Below are positions 1 through 12,027 of a DNA stretch of 64,000 nt, piece by piece. The stretch spans positions 6,696,001 to 6,760,000 of the forward strand of contig OZ218950.1 of NCBI GenBank assembly GCA_965112735.1, given 5' to 3'. This DNA comes from Phaeosaccion multiseriatum (Eukaryota > Protista > Ochrophyta, other classes). Made by a program: the position numbers and the translations under genes. Every line of letters begins with the position of its first letter. Position 1 is the stretch's first letter. The notes under the pieces were generated by a model. It ran no database searches. It worked only from the letters and a program-made list of their open reading frames with translations, and was not told the origin of the DNA.

Positions 1-1097
1 CCTTTTGGCCCGTTGGACCGCTAAGCAGATTCTCCTCCCGATGGATGCTTTAGCCCTCGCGCTCTCAACCTTGGGAGATAGGTACGCTGAGTTAAGGGGG
101 GGGGGGGCACGGAGGGAGGGAGGGAGGCGGCTAGAGTCTCAGTCTTGTTTGCCGATCGTTTCCCGTTTGCTGTCTGTTCTTCCTTTACTCACCCTTCACT
201 CCTCCTCCTCCTCCTCCTCCCCCCTCCTCCTCCTCCACAGGCTGTCGTCGCTTGTGATGTTAGGCTGTCTGTCCATCCTCTACAGCGACTTCTACAACTC
301 CTCCTCCTCCTCCTCCTCCTCCTCCTCCTCCTCCTCCTCCTACACGGGTTTCTTTGTGGGTCTGTTGGTGCTCGATGTGAGCTCCTTCTGGCTGCAATTG
401 GCAGTGTACGCCCTCCTCGCCAACAAGCTCCGGCCGCCCACACGCAGAGAGGTGGAGACGGAGTTCATCGGGTACATGTGTGGTGCGTATCGTAACGTCA
501 GTATTTATACGTAGCGGCGTTACGTTTCAATTTCACTTGATTGGCCCACCTTATGGATATCGTAGACACAATATCGCAGAGCTCGATGTCGTGGCTGCCT
601 GATGCCTGGTGGGATCTCGTTCTCTGATTTGTTTCATGTTTGTTGTCCGTCCGCCATGCCCTCCCATGACGTTGTGATAGATAGTGATGTACTTCTACTG
701 ATGTATGGGTTGTAGCAGTACTTGTTTCGGGAGGAAGGACCGACTGCGATTTGGCTGTGCCACACTAATGTGGGGTGCATTATCTGATAGCGAGCGCCAA
801 CTTCCCTCCCTCCTTCTCCCTCCATCCTCTCCCTCCCCCCCAGCTCACTACCCCAAGCTGGTAACGGTCGTGTCCGTCTCCGGAGAGGCCTTCCTCCTGG
901 TCATGTACGCTCTCTCTGCCACTTCCCGAGGGGCGCTCTTCCCAACCCCCCTGGAGCTGCAAGGGTGAGTGAGTCGCAGCCCTCGAATCCAACCCCTAAG
1001 AAGAAGAGCCAAAGGGATGCCCTCGGAGGCAACCCCCAATAAGACCCCCAATCAGAGGAGCCAGGGGGATGCCCTCGATGGTAACCCCCATATATAT

Positions 1098-1140
<43 letters not shown>

Positions 1141-1337
1141 ATATTATATATGACCCCCTTTATGACCCCCAATAAGAGGAGAGGAGAGACAAGGGATAGG
1201 CCTCGAATCAGCCTCGGGGGGGGGAGCTCTGGTCATGTTGCTGTGTGCTGCTCCACCTCTGTTGGCGACCTTGCCTGGCCGACCGACCGACCGACCGACC
1301 ACCTGCTCTGCTGCGCCTCTCTCTCTCCTTCCTCTCC

Positions 1338-1377
<40 letters not shown>

Positions 1378-1915
1378 CTCACTCTTCTCTTTCTTCTCCC
1401 TCCCTTCCTCCCCTCCCTCCGTCCCTCCCTCCCTCCTGTGTTCCCTTCTCGCCGTCGCAGACCATCACTGGGTGTGGATAGGGGAGGAGAAGAAGGAGAA
1501 GGGGCTGGAGATGCGAGCGGTGGGATGGGCCATCAGAGCGCCCCCTTGCCCGTGCTGCTTCACTATCGCTACCTCTTCTTTCTGATGCTGTGCTTCGTTT
1601 TGCGTCAGATGGCAGGCTTTGTGCAGGTGCGATGGAGAAAGGCAAAAAGGCCCAGTGGCTCGGCAGGGGCAGGGAGGGAGGGAGGGAGGGAGACGGAGAG
1701 GGAGGGAGAGAGAGAGAGAGGCATCTTCTGGTCCTTTTCACCCTCCTTTTCATGTCCCTTACCCTTTGCTCTCCGGCTACTGTATCACCAACTGCTACGA
1801 TCATGTGTCCTGCCGTGTGCCAACAAAACAGGTGCTCATCAGCCTGAGCCGCCTGAGCTACGGTGTCATGGCGGAGGAGGCAGCTCGGCAGGTCTTGCAA
1901 GGCAAGCAGCAGTGA
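1..1915 (+). CDS. CDP-alcohol phosphatidyltransferase family, phosphatidylinositol synthase-like (5'-partial, degenerate active-site motif)
   Basis: Exons ~<1-81, 241-~482, 844-965, 1461-1627, 1832-1915. Translation ...LSTLGDR/LSSLVMLGCLSILY...LLVLDVSSFWLQL...GEAFLLVMYAL...CFVLRQMAGFVQ/VLISL follows PIS (TDR..LLxxL..Y, LDxxSHW, GNELF, LKQxxNxxQL). Confidence 0.6.
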
Positions 1916-2737
1916 AGGATGGCAGTGGACGGACGGAGGGAGGGCCAGATGGGGCAAGAGGAGGAGAGAATAAGAGAGAGGAGAGGGGAATAGAAAGGCC
2001 ATATAGGAAGGGTCGTACGAAATCTCTCTCTCTCTCTCCCTCTCTCTCTCGCTCACTTCAAATGTAGACATTCCTCGGGAGGTGTCCAGAAGCTAAAGAG
2101 AGCGCTCCAACAATTCGTGTCAGTTTGCTTTTCATCAAACAAAAGATGTTTTTTTATTGTCACACTGCCGTGGGGCATTCCCGATTGATTTTATGTGCAA
2201 AAATGGTGTTACCTCCTCGTCCTCCTCCTCTCCTCTCCTGTGAGTCAGTCTCCTCCTCCTCTCCAGTGAGTTCTCTACTGTGAGTGTGGCTCGCCATTGA
2301 GAACCACCAGGAAGCAGCCCCCCCCCCCCCCCCCCCCTTTCCTCCATCCCGACATACTTACATGACTCGCAGCATCGCGTTGGGTGGCAATTCACCCTTT
2401 CCCTCCCCCCACCCCCGAGTCTTCCCATTCCCATTCCCATCCCCTCGGGATAAGTGCGATATATTTACAAAAAGAGGGCTCTCTGGCGTATCCCCAGGGG
2501 GGGAAGGTTGATGTGTGTTGGGCAGTCCTTACGTGGCCCTCCCCCCCCCCCCCGCCCCTCTCATACATGTGAAACTGAAACATACACCCCCCCCACCCAA
2601 CAAGTCATTCACAAACCATTCACACACCCAAACTCCTTCACCCCTTCCCCAACATTCATCATTCACACACATCCCTTTCTCCTTCTCCTTGCCCTTCCCC
2701 CCCTTTTGTGCTTTGCCCTGCGCTTCTTTTTTACACC

Positions 2738-3357
2738 TTAAATTTCAAACTCTTTGCCCAGGGGCCCGTCTTGGTCCTCCTTGACCGAGGGCTCCACAGC
2801 GTCAATATGCCTCTTCTTCCTCCTCCTCCTCCCCCCCTTCCCCCTCCTCCTCTTCACCGCCTTCACAACCTCAACCTCCTGCTCCTGCTCCACCTCCTCC
2901 TCCTCCTGTCCCTTCTCCTCCATCACCGCCACCTCTCCCTGACTCTGGAGCTCCGCCAAGGCAACGGAGCGTTCGAAGGTCCACTCCATCATCTTTCGAT
3001 CAATTGCATCATGATCCTTCTGCGTGTCCTTGAGGAAGGCCTGCATATCTCTGCCCACCTTGGATCGAATGGCCATAAGCTGCCTCGCCATCTGCGCCGG
3101 CTCCACAAGCCTTTCTGTAACGCCCCTTCGCCCCGCCTTGGCCACCGCCCTGCCGTTCCACCCGTTCTGCGTGACCATCCTCGAGTTGACCACCACAGAG
3201 GGGTACGTCATCATCTTTTCGATCAAAGCGTCTCCAGTCAGTCCCTTGGCCTCCTTGGCGACCTCTGTCTTTTGCTTCTCAAGATCGCGTCTGTTCTTGG
3301 CCATGAAGCGCTCGAGCCAGTTGCATGTGAAGATGTCGCCCTGCTCTCTCAGCTCGG

Positions 3358-3421
<64 letters not shown>

Positions 3422-4926
3422 TGTGCATGTGTGCGATGAAAGAAAAGCAAGCAAACAAACAAACACAAGATAAAAAGAGTTTGAGGTCGGTTTGGTTGGA
3501 GGGAAGGTACACACTGTACAAACGGGTGAGGCAAAGGGCGCATCAAGAACAAGGGGCACCCTTACACTTCACCCACGCACGCACGCACGCACGCCCCCAC
3601 GCACCTCGTATCTCTCCATGGCGTAGTTGGTGGCCATCTCCATGAACATGTGCAGGTTTCTGTGGCGGAATGGAGAGGAGTCACCACCCGACGAGAGATC
3701 GAACACCAAGTGACGCTCGCGGTCAATCTCGTCCGTACTCATGCCCTTGCCGTTTCCTCCTTCTTTCTCACTGCTGATGAGTTCATGCATGCGCCACAGC
3801 TCCTCATGGCCCAGGTCCATGAGTTGTAAGTCCCGTGCGACCTCCTCGGCGATGAGGGTACGGCTCTGGAAGATGCGTTGGGCGATGTTCTGCGGGTTGA
3901 TGACCTGCTTGTACTCGTGGTAGGACGGGCTATTGTCCAGGAAAGGGTTGTTGCCCGACCCGCCCTGCGATTGGGTGGCGGTGGGGAAGGGGAGGGAGGG
4001 GAGTGAAGTGATTGATTGATTAGAAAGGGAGGGAGGGGAAGGGGTGGAGATGAAGACAGACACACAAACCCCCCTTCCCTCACACTCGCAGCACTCACTC
4101 ACCCTCGGCTTCTGCGCGATGCGCTTGACGATGAGCTCCTCGGGCTCCGTCCTCATGAGCTCGAGCATGAAGATGGCCCACGTGGTGCCCTGCCCAAAGG
4201 TGTCCCCGCCGTACTTCTCTCGCTTGTCCTCGATGCCGAGCTGCTCTTCCAGCCACTTGGGGGTGAGGTCGTCATGGAACTCCTTCATGTAGTAGATGAC
4301 GTTGTCGATGGAGCGCTCCGTCAGAAGCGTCTTCATCTCTCTGAGTGGGTCGGGGAGGGGAGGGACGCGAAGGGCAGGTGAGAGTTTGAGTGGGGGGGCG
4401 ACGGAACACGAGCGACGGGGGAAAAAAAGTGGGGCATTGCGCGGATTTCCGAGGTTGAGGGGAGAGGGGGGCAGCACGGGAGAGGCACAGTATGAAAGAG
4501 ACCGAGGGTAAAGGGCGGAGAGGGGCAGGGAAGGAGGGGGGGAGATGGAGAACGCCCAATTCTTTCAAAGAAAGAGGTTACTGGTCAACGCCAGACAGCG
4601 GAGATCTTTTCTTCCCTCCCGTTCATCGCTATACTTACTTGTGGAGGAAGCCATCGGCCTTCTCCTTGTGACCCTCCCTGCCCTTACTTCGCCGGCTGCG
4701 CGCCGACAGAGCGGAAGTATGCGATCTGGTTGCACTGCGAAAACATTTCAAAATGTGAGACAACTGCCGTGATCCAGAATGGATTCAAGACGCCTCAAAC
4801 TCACCTGCCGAGCCGAGGCTGCCTCGCTGCGGCTAGTGCGGGTCTCACCACACAGTTCGGGGCGAAGGCCCCACCTGTGCTCAGGCTGCCGGCCAGGTAG
4901 ATCGGCACAAGAAACAGCCCTCTCAT
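2738..4926 (-). CDS. Plastid-targeted protein with two internal RbcX-like repeats
   Basis: Phase-consistent exons 4926-4805, 4734-4639, 4340-4103, 3964-3605, 3358-2738. N-terminus MRGLFLVPIYLAGSLSTGGA-FAP-NCVVRPALAAARQPRLGSATRSHTSALSA is a signal peptide + ASAFAP-like motif + transit peptide. The gene model is well supported; the RbcX resemblance is inference. Confidence 0.8.
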
Positions 4927-5259
4927 CGTCGTTGAACAACTAGCCGCTTTTTACTTTTCCTCCCTTCCTTTTTCAAAGTCTTTCTTTTCCAACGGCCGCC
5001 GCCCCTGCTGCGAGTTGGTGGTGTGGGTGCCGTTGAAGTGATGTGTGGACAACAAGGGGGGGGGGAGTATGCCTAAACGCCCTCTCCTTTCGTTATTTTG
5101 GTGCGGACCTCCTTCCCGTTGCCGATCGGAACCCACCAGGGTTCGATTTTATTGACTTGCTAGGAATCAACCTAAGGATTACGTATGGGTATACAGTTTG
5201 CAGTTTCAGTGGCTTGTATCTGAGAGAGGGAGGGGGGCAAAGCGAGGAATAGAGTAACA

Positions 5260-8200
5260 ATGGCGCCCGCCGCCGCCGGTCCGAAGGCCTCTGCTGGGGC
5301 TGGTCCACCTCCCCGTGCTGGTGGAGCGAAAGTTGTTGGAGAGGGAGGAGGAGGAGGAGGAGGGGGGCCCTCTTTGGGAGAGAGCATCACGCAGCTGCTG
5401 TCCGACGATCAAGACCTAGAGTTCGAGGAGGAGCTGGCACGCAACCCGTACCGCCTCAAGACGTGGTGGAGGTACCTTCAGGCCAAGGAGAAGGCCAGTC
5501 CGAGGGCGCGCAACATCCTGCACGAGCGGGCCCTGCGCTTTCTTCCCCGATCGTACAAGGTGTGGCACCAGTACCTGACAGAGCGAACAAAGGCGGTGGG
5601 GGAGTGCTGTGTCACTGACCCGGCGTGCCAAGTGGTGGTCAATACATACGAGAGGGCGCTTGTGCACCTGCACAAGTTCCCTGTGATTTGGAGGGAGCTC
5701 TGCGCGCTGCTGGTGAAGCTGTGCCTGGGCAGCAGGGCGCGCCACACCTTTGATCGGGCTCTGCAGGCCCTGCCCATAACGCAGCATAAGCTCATTTGGC
5801 CACTCTATCTGCAGTGGGCCAAGGATCTCGGCGTGAAGGAGACCACCATTAGGGTGTATCGGAGGTACCTCATGCTGGAGCCGCTTCAAAGAGAAGGGTG
5901 AGTGAGAGAGTATCTTCCTCTACTCTCTGGCGCCGGTCCAACAATTAGTTTGTGCTATTTATGCACACGGGTGGCGTGGCCACACAGCCTCCGCTGTGGC
6001 TGTCTGCTTTCCAGTCTTCCTCCGTTTGGCCCTCACTTCCACCCTGGGAAGGAAGGAAGCTCACACCCATATCAGAACGGCGCGTGGTGTCTAGTGCCGG
6101 TGCCGACCATCCCCCCCCAACGTCCTCCTCCCCACCCCCCTTGTAGGAGGAGTATCCACCCGTCGCTATCCACTCCTACTCTTGTCCGTCCGCCTTACCG
6201 TTGTGTGCTCACTCACAAGCTCCCTCTCTCCCCCCCTCTACACGCAATCCCCAACTCGCCCCCCCCCCCTCTGTACTGTCGTACCTACCTACCTAACGTG
6301 CCCAAACCCCCTCTACTGCGGCCTACACAGATACGTGTCCTACCTGGAGGGGATTGAGCACTGGGAGGAGGCGGCCAAGCAGTTGGTGATCTGCGTCAAC
6401 CAGACCGACTTTGTGAGCCCCAAGGGAAACAGCAAGCATGCGCTGTGGATGCGCCTCTGCGACTTGTGTGCGAGAAACCCTCAGGAGGTGTCGAAAGCCA
6501 TCAACGTTGACGCCATCATTCGCAGCGGACTCAATAAGTTCACAGACGAGGTTGGTGTGGGGCCGTGCGGCTGTGCGTGTGCTCGGGGGGGGATGCTCTG
6601 GTGTCTCTCTCGCCTCCTCCCTCCTCCTCCTTCTCCTCCTCCTCCTCTTCCTCCTCCTCCTCCTCCTCCTCCTCCTCCTCCTCCTCCTCCTCCTCCCCAA
6701 GCGCTGCGCTGCTCGCCCCCCCCCCCTCCCACTTACCCTCAACTGACACCATCCTTGCCCTGGCAGGTGGGTCGGCTGTGGAGTAAGCTGGCGGACTATT
6801 ACATCCGGCTGGGGCAGTTCGAGAGGGCTAGAGATGTTTATGAAGAGGCCATAGGGGAGGTCATCACAGTAAGGGATTTCTCCCTCATTTTCGACGCTTA
6901 CACTCAGGTAAAGTGTGGTTTATCGATTGGTTGGTTTATTGATTGATTGGTTGGTTGGTTGGTTGGTTGGTTGCTTCGTTTGGTTGGTTTAGTAGTTGGT
7001 TTTACTTAAGTTTCATTTTGTTAGACGGAAAGGAAGAGGAGCAGTCGCCATCTGCATGGACTGACTCCTTCCGGCTTGCGCTTCTTCTGTGCCCTTCTCC
7101 ATGCCCTGCCCTTCCCTTCGCCTTCGCGACAAACACACAAACTCTCTCTCTCTTCTCTCTGTCTCTCTCTCTCTTTCTCCCTGTTTGGGGTCGTACATGA
7201 ATATCACTTCCCTTGGGGCCATTCATTTGATTGAATGCAACCAACACGAACACGAACAACCAACACGCTTAGTTCGAGGAGAGCGTGCTCAGCGCCAAGA
7301 TGCAGCTGGCAGAGGCCGAGGAGGAGGAGGGGGAGGGGGAGGAAGGCGACGATGACCTCGATGAAGACGGCAACGATGTTGATCTTCGCCTCGCTCGGTT
7401 GGAGCACATTCTCGAACGACGGCCCGTGCTTGTCTCCTCAGTGCTGCTTCGGCAGAACCCTCACAATGTGAACGAGTGGTTGAAGCGGGCGGACCTGTTT
7501 GCAGAGGAGCCGCTCAAGGCTATTACGTGCTACTCCGAGGCCGTCAAGACCGTACAGCCGCAGAAGGTCACGGGCAAACTCTCCAAGCTGGTGAGTTAGT
7601 GAGTGAGTGAGTGAGTGAGTGAGTGAGTGAGTGAGTGAGTGAGTGAGTGAGTGGGTGAGGGGGGGGAGAGGGAGTGAGTGAGGGAGGGAGGCCTCTCCCT
7701 GGTGAAGCGTGTGGTGCAGTGTGCTGACCCTGACCTTGGTCCTGACCCTGACCCTCTCCTTGGCCCTCACCCTGACCTTTGACTCTCACCCTTACCCTCA
7801 TCCTGACCGTGACCTTGACTCTGTGACCCTGACCCTGATCTTTGACTCTCACCCCTCACCCTCACCCTGACCTTGACCCTGTCCCTGACCTTAGTGGATC
7901 GAGTTCGCAAATTTCTATGTGAAGCACGATGACTTGGACAACGCACGAGTGATATTTGAGAAGGCCACTCTCGCCACTTACAAGAATGTGGGGGAGCTTG
8001 CCTCTGTGTGGCTGGCCTGGGCAGAGATGGGTGAGTGAGTGAGGGGAGGGGGGTGGAGAGGGGAGGTCAGGAGGGGGAAGAAGGGGAGAGGAGGGGAGGA
8101 GAGGAGGGGAGGAGAAAGGAGAGGAGAGGAGAGGAGAGGAGAGGGGAGGAGAGGAGAGGAGGAACAGAGGAGGGGAGAGGAGAGGAGAGGGGAACAGAGG

Positions 8201-11200
8201 AGGGGAACAGAGGAGATACGAGTATTTCTGTAGCTCATTGATCGTTGCGCCATTCGATCGGGCCTCCTCTGGACTGATGACCCACGAATAAATACCGACC
8301 CACCCACGCACCCACCCACCCACCCATTGACTTACCAACCACCAGAGATGGAGAAGGGGAACTACGACCTTGCTCGGAAGGTGATGCAGAGGGGCACCAC
8401 TGAGCCTGACGTGTCTGTGCAGAGACGGCGTATGACTGCAAGCTTCAGCAGGGACGAGAAGAGAAAGGCCTTCGCGAACGCGCCGCTGCAGGTAAGGAAG
8501 GGTGTGTGTGTGCGTGCGTGCGAGTGTGTATGCGTGTGTGTGGGTGTGAGGATGTGTGTGTGTGGGGGGGGGGGGGGGGGGGTTGGGGGTACGCGCGCGA
8601 TATGAGTGAAGGAGTGAGTGAGTCAGTGAATACGTGATTGTTTGAATGAATGAGCGAGTGCGTGAGAGAGTGATTGGCTGTTTGAAAGCCGACAAAAAAA
8701 ACAAGCAGAATCTATCTAAATTAGCTCCTCCTTCTCTTTATGTTCATATGCGTGAACAAAATGGCAAACACATTTAAACGAATCTTCCTCCTCCTCCCTC
8801 TCTCTCTCTATACAATATATATATATATATAATATATATACATATATGCCATACCTACCCCTCCACAGGAGCGAGTACACAAAAACGTCAAGATGTGGGA
8901 CCTCTTCCTCGACCTCGAAGAGTCCCTGGGCAGCGTGGACAACGCCAAGGCAGCCTACGAGCGCTGCATGGACATCCGAGTGGCCACACCCACGATAGTG
9001 CTCAACTTCACCGCCTTCCTAGAGGAGAACAAGTACTTTGAGGAGAGCTTCAAGGTGGGTGGGTGCAGGCATATAGGGGGTGGAGACATGTGGGGGGGAG
9101 GGATTGGGTGGATGGGCAGTATGGGTAGTGTGGGCGGGGTGGGTGACTCTCCTCTCATAGTACTGACATGCTTGTCTTGTCCCTCCTCTTTCCCTTCCCC
9201 CTCTCCTCTAAAGGTGTACGAGAAGGCCGTGAGTCTCTTCTCCTTCCCTCACGTCAAGCCCCTATGGCTCAAGTACCTCGACGGTTTCGTGGCCCGATAC
9301 AAGGGCACCAAGGTGGAGAGGGCAAGGGACTTGTTCGAGCAGGCCATTGAGAAGGTACGTACGCCAGTTGTGACTGGGGGGGGGGCATGGAAGTAGATGA
9401 CGGTAGGGGAGGGGTGGGGGGGGGAATGGCGGTGACTACTCGGTGGACTCCTCTCCCTCCCCTCCCCTCCCTCTTCTCTCTTTCCTCCCGGCCCGTACGC
9501 CTCAAAATATTCTCTTTCCTTTTTCCCCTTCCTTAACTACGTTCACCCCTTTGACAACCGCCGTCAACGTTCGTTACCCTCTATTACCAGGTGCCTGCCA
9601 AGGACGCCCCCGAGTTCTTTCTGCGCTACGGCAAGTTCGAAGAGACGTACGGCTTGATCAAGAAGGCAGCCAATGTATATGACAGAGCCACAGAGAGGGT
9701 GGCGGAGGGGGCAAGGCTGGACATGTTCAAGCTTTACGTGTCCAAGGTACGGTGGAGGAGAGGAGACAAAGACTAGAGTGGAGGCATATGGGGGTGGAGG
9801 AGGGAGAAGAAGGCATAACATATTGTTCTTTAGGGGAGGCAAGAAAGTGTTGCTTTTTGTGCTCGTCCGCTCCGAAACACCGTTCCAACAAAGTTCTCAA
9901 TCTCACACCCCACATTCCGACCCCTTCTCCCGTGTCCACCCGCTTCTTCCCGCATTGCCCCTCCCCCCTGCCATCCCCTGCCATCCCCTGCCATCCCCTG
10001 CCATCCAGGTGGAGTCTTTCTACGGACTGACAGAGACAAGAAAGGTGTACGAGAAGGCCGCTGAAGTCCTTCCCGATGACGGCGCGAGGGAGATGTGTCT
10101 ACTCTACGCACAGATGGAGCAGAAGCTTGGAGAGGTCGACCGCTCTCGGGCTCTGTGGACACACGGCAGTCAGTTCGCCGACCCACGGAGACATGCTAGC
10201 TACTGGAAGAGCTGGCATGACTTTGAGGTAAGTCAATGGGTGGGTGGTGGGTGGGTTGTGTGGATATGTGTGGGTGTGGGTGTGTTTGCGTGTGTGGGCT
10301 CTGGCTGCCTTCCGTGGGGGTGAAAGTGAAGTGCTGATAGAGGAGAATTTCTTCGGAAGTTTTGTAACATTTTGAGCGTCTCTTTGTTTCTTACTAGCAC
10401 GCACGCACGCACATGCACACACATACACACACATACGCACACACACACACGCACTCACCTCCCCCCCTCCCTCCCTCCTCCCTTCTGCTGTAGGTGGGGC
10501 ACGGAAACGAAGAGACCTTCCGCGAGATGCTCCGTGTGAAACGCTCCGTGCAGATGGCGTACTCGAATGCCAACTATATGGCGGCGGAGATGATGAGTGG
10601 GGAGGTGGCCCTCAAGAGCGACAGTGAGGCCTTTGGAGCACGGGGGATGCAAAATAGGTACAGTTTTCACTTTTCAATTTTCAGTTTATGTGACAAAAAA
10701 ATTGAAGAATACGTACGGGGGTTGGGTGGGTGGTAACTCAGTGGGTGGGTTGGTTTGGGTGTGTACGTGGGTGAGTGGGTGGGTGGGAGGGTGAGTAGAT
10801 GAGTGGGCGGGGTGTGTGGGTGTGTGGGTGAGTGGATGGGTGAGTGGGTGGATGGGTGGGCGGGTGGGCGGCTGGTGGGTGCGTGCGTGCGTGCGTGGGT
10901 GGGTAGATGCAGGCAAGTACGGCGCCTCCTTGCTCCTTGACTCATCCGAACCCGACCCTTCCAACCCTCCCCTCCTCTCCTCCTGCGGACACGAGCAGGG
11001 AAGCAGCTGCGGCTGGGCAGGGAGAGCTGACTCGGAAGAGGAAGGCGGCAGAGGGAGGCGCGAAGGAAACAGATATGGACCAGCTGGAGAGGCAGGCAGA
11101 CAAGATCAGGAGAGCGGCGCTGGAGGGGGCTGTCGAGGCAGCAGGGGAGGGGGAGGGCGAGACCAATCCCGAGGAGATCCAGATCGACGAGGAGGAGGAA

Positions 11201-11524
11201 GAAGAGGGGATGGAAGGAGGAGGGGGAGGTGCAGCAGTAGCAGCAGTGCCAGAAGAGAACCCCGAGGAGATTGATCTTGATGATATGGAGGAGGGGGAGG
11301 ACGGGGAGCAGGAGGAGGAGAAGGAGGGGGATATTCGAATCGTGACCAAGACGGTGCCTGACGCGGTGTTTGGCAGCGCAAAACAGGCGTTAGAGAAGCT
11401 CAACAAGGAGAAGGAGGAGGACGGGGGGGGGGGAGGGAAGGGGGCCAAGGGCAAGAGCAAGGGCGGCAAGGCGAAACCCAAGGGGGCGCTCGAGCGGATG
11501 AAGGAGAAAAAGGGCAGAGCGTGA
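5260..11524 (+). CDS. SYF1: Pre-mRNA splicing factor SYF1/XAB2 (HAT/TPR repeats)
   Basis: About 12 exons carrying hallmark peptides EEELARNPY, ERAL..LPRSYKVW, ALPITQH..IW, LLRQNPHNVNEW, DLEESLG, LGEVDRSR, HGNEETFREMLRVKRSV, and C-terminal NPEEIDLD and VPDAVFG. Confidence 0.96.
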
Positions 11525-12027
11525 ATGATTGATTGATGGAGTGATTGGTCCATTGATTGATTGATTGATTGATTTGATCGGTTAGTTGGCTTGGTTCTTT
11601 TGGTCGATGGAGGGAGCGGTTGCGCGGCTCTTATGGAGCGATGCAAGGAGAAGAGAACAAGGGCCGAGCGAGCATGACAGGACCAACGAACGAGCAGCCA
11701 GTCTGTGTTCATGACCAAATAGTACTTGGAGCTTTCGTCGTCTTGCTTCATGGTTTTGGGCCCCTCCCACCGCCCCTCCCCCATCTCTTGACATAAATCA
11801 TAAACCCTCTCTCCGCAAGCACAGACACACACCCCCCCCCTCACCGGCTGCTCGCCCCCCTCCTGCTTCCCCAGCGGTATTCGCTTCGTAATCACTTTGG
11901 CCACAAGCAGCGCAGTAAGGGCGTAAACCGCGGAATTGGTATCCCATCCTTCCCTTTCTTTCGCCCCTTGACCATGCCCCTTGCAGCCGCGCTCCACGCC
12001 TCTACCTTTCTTCTCTACAGCTCTTCT

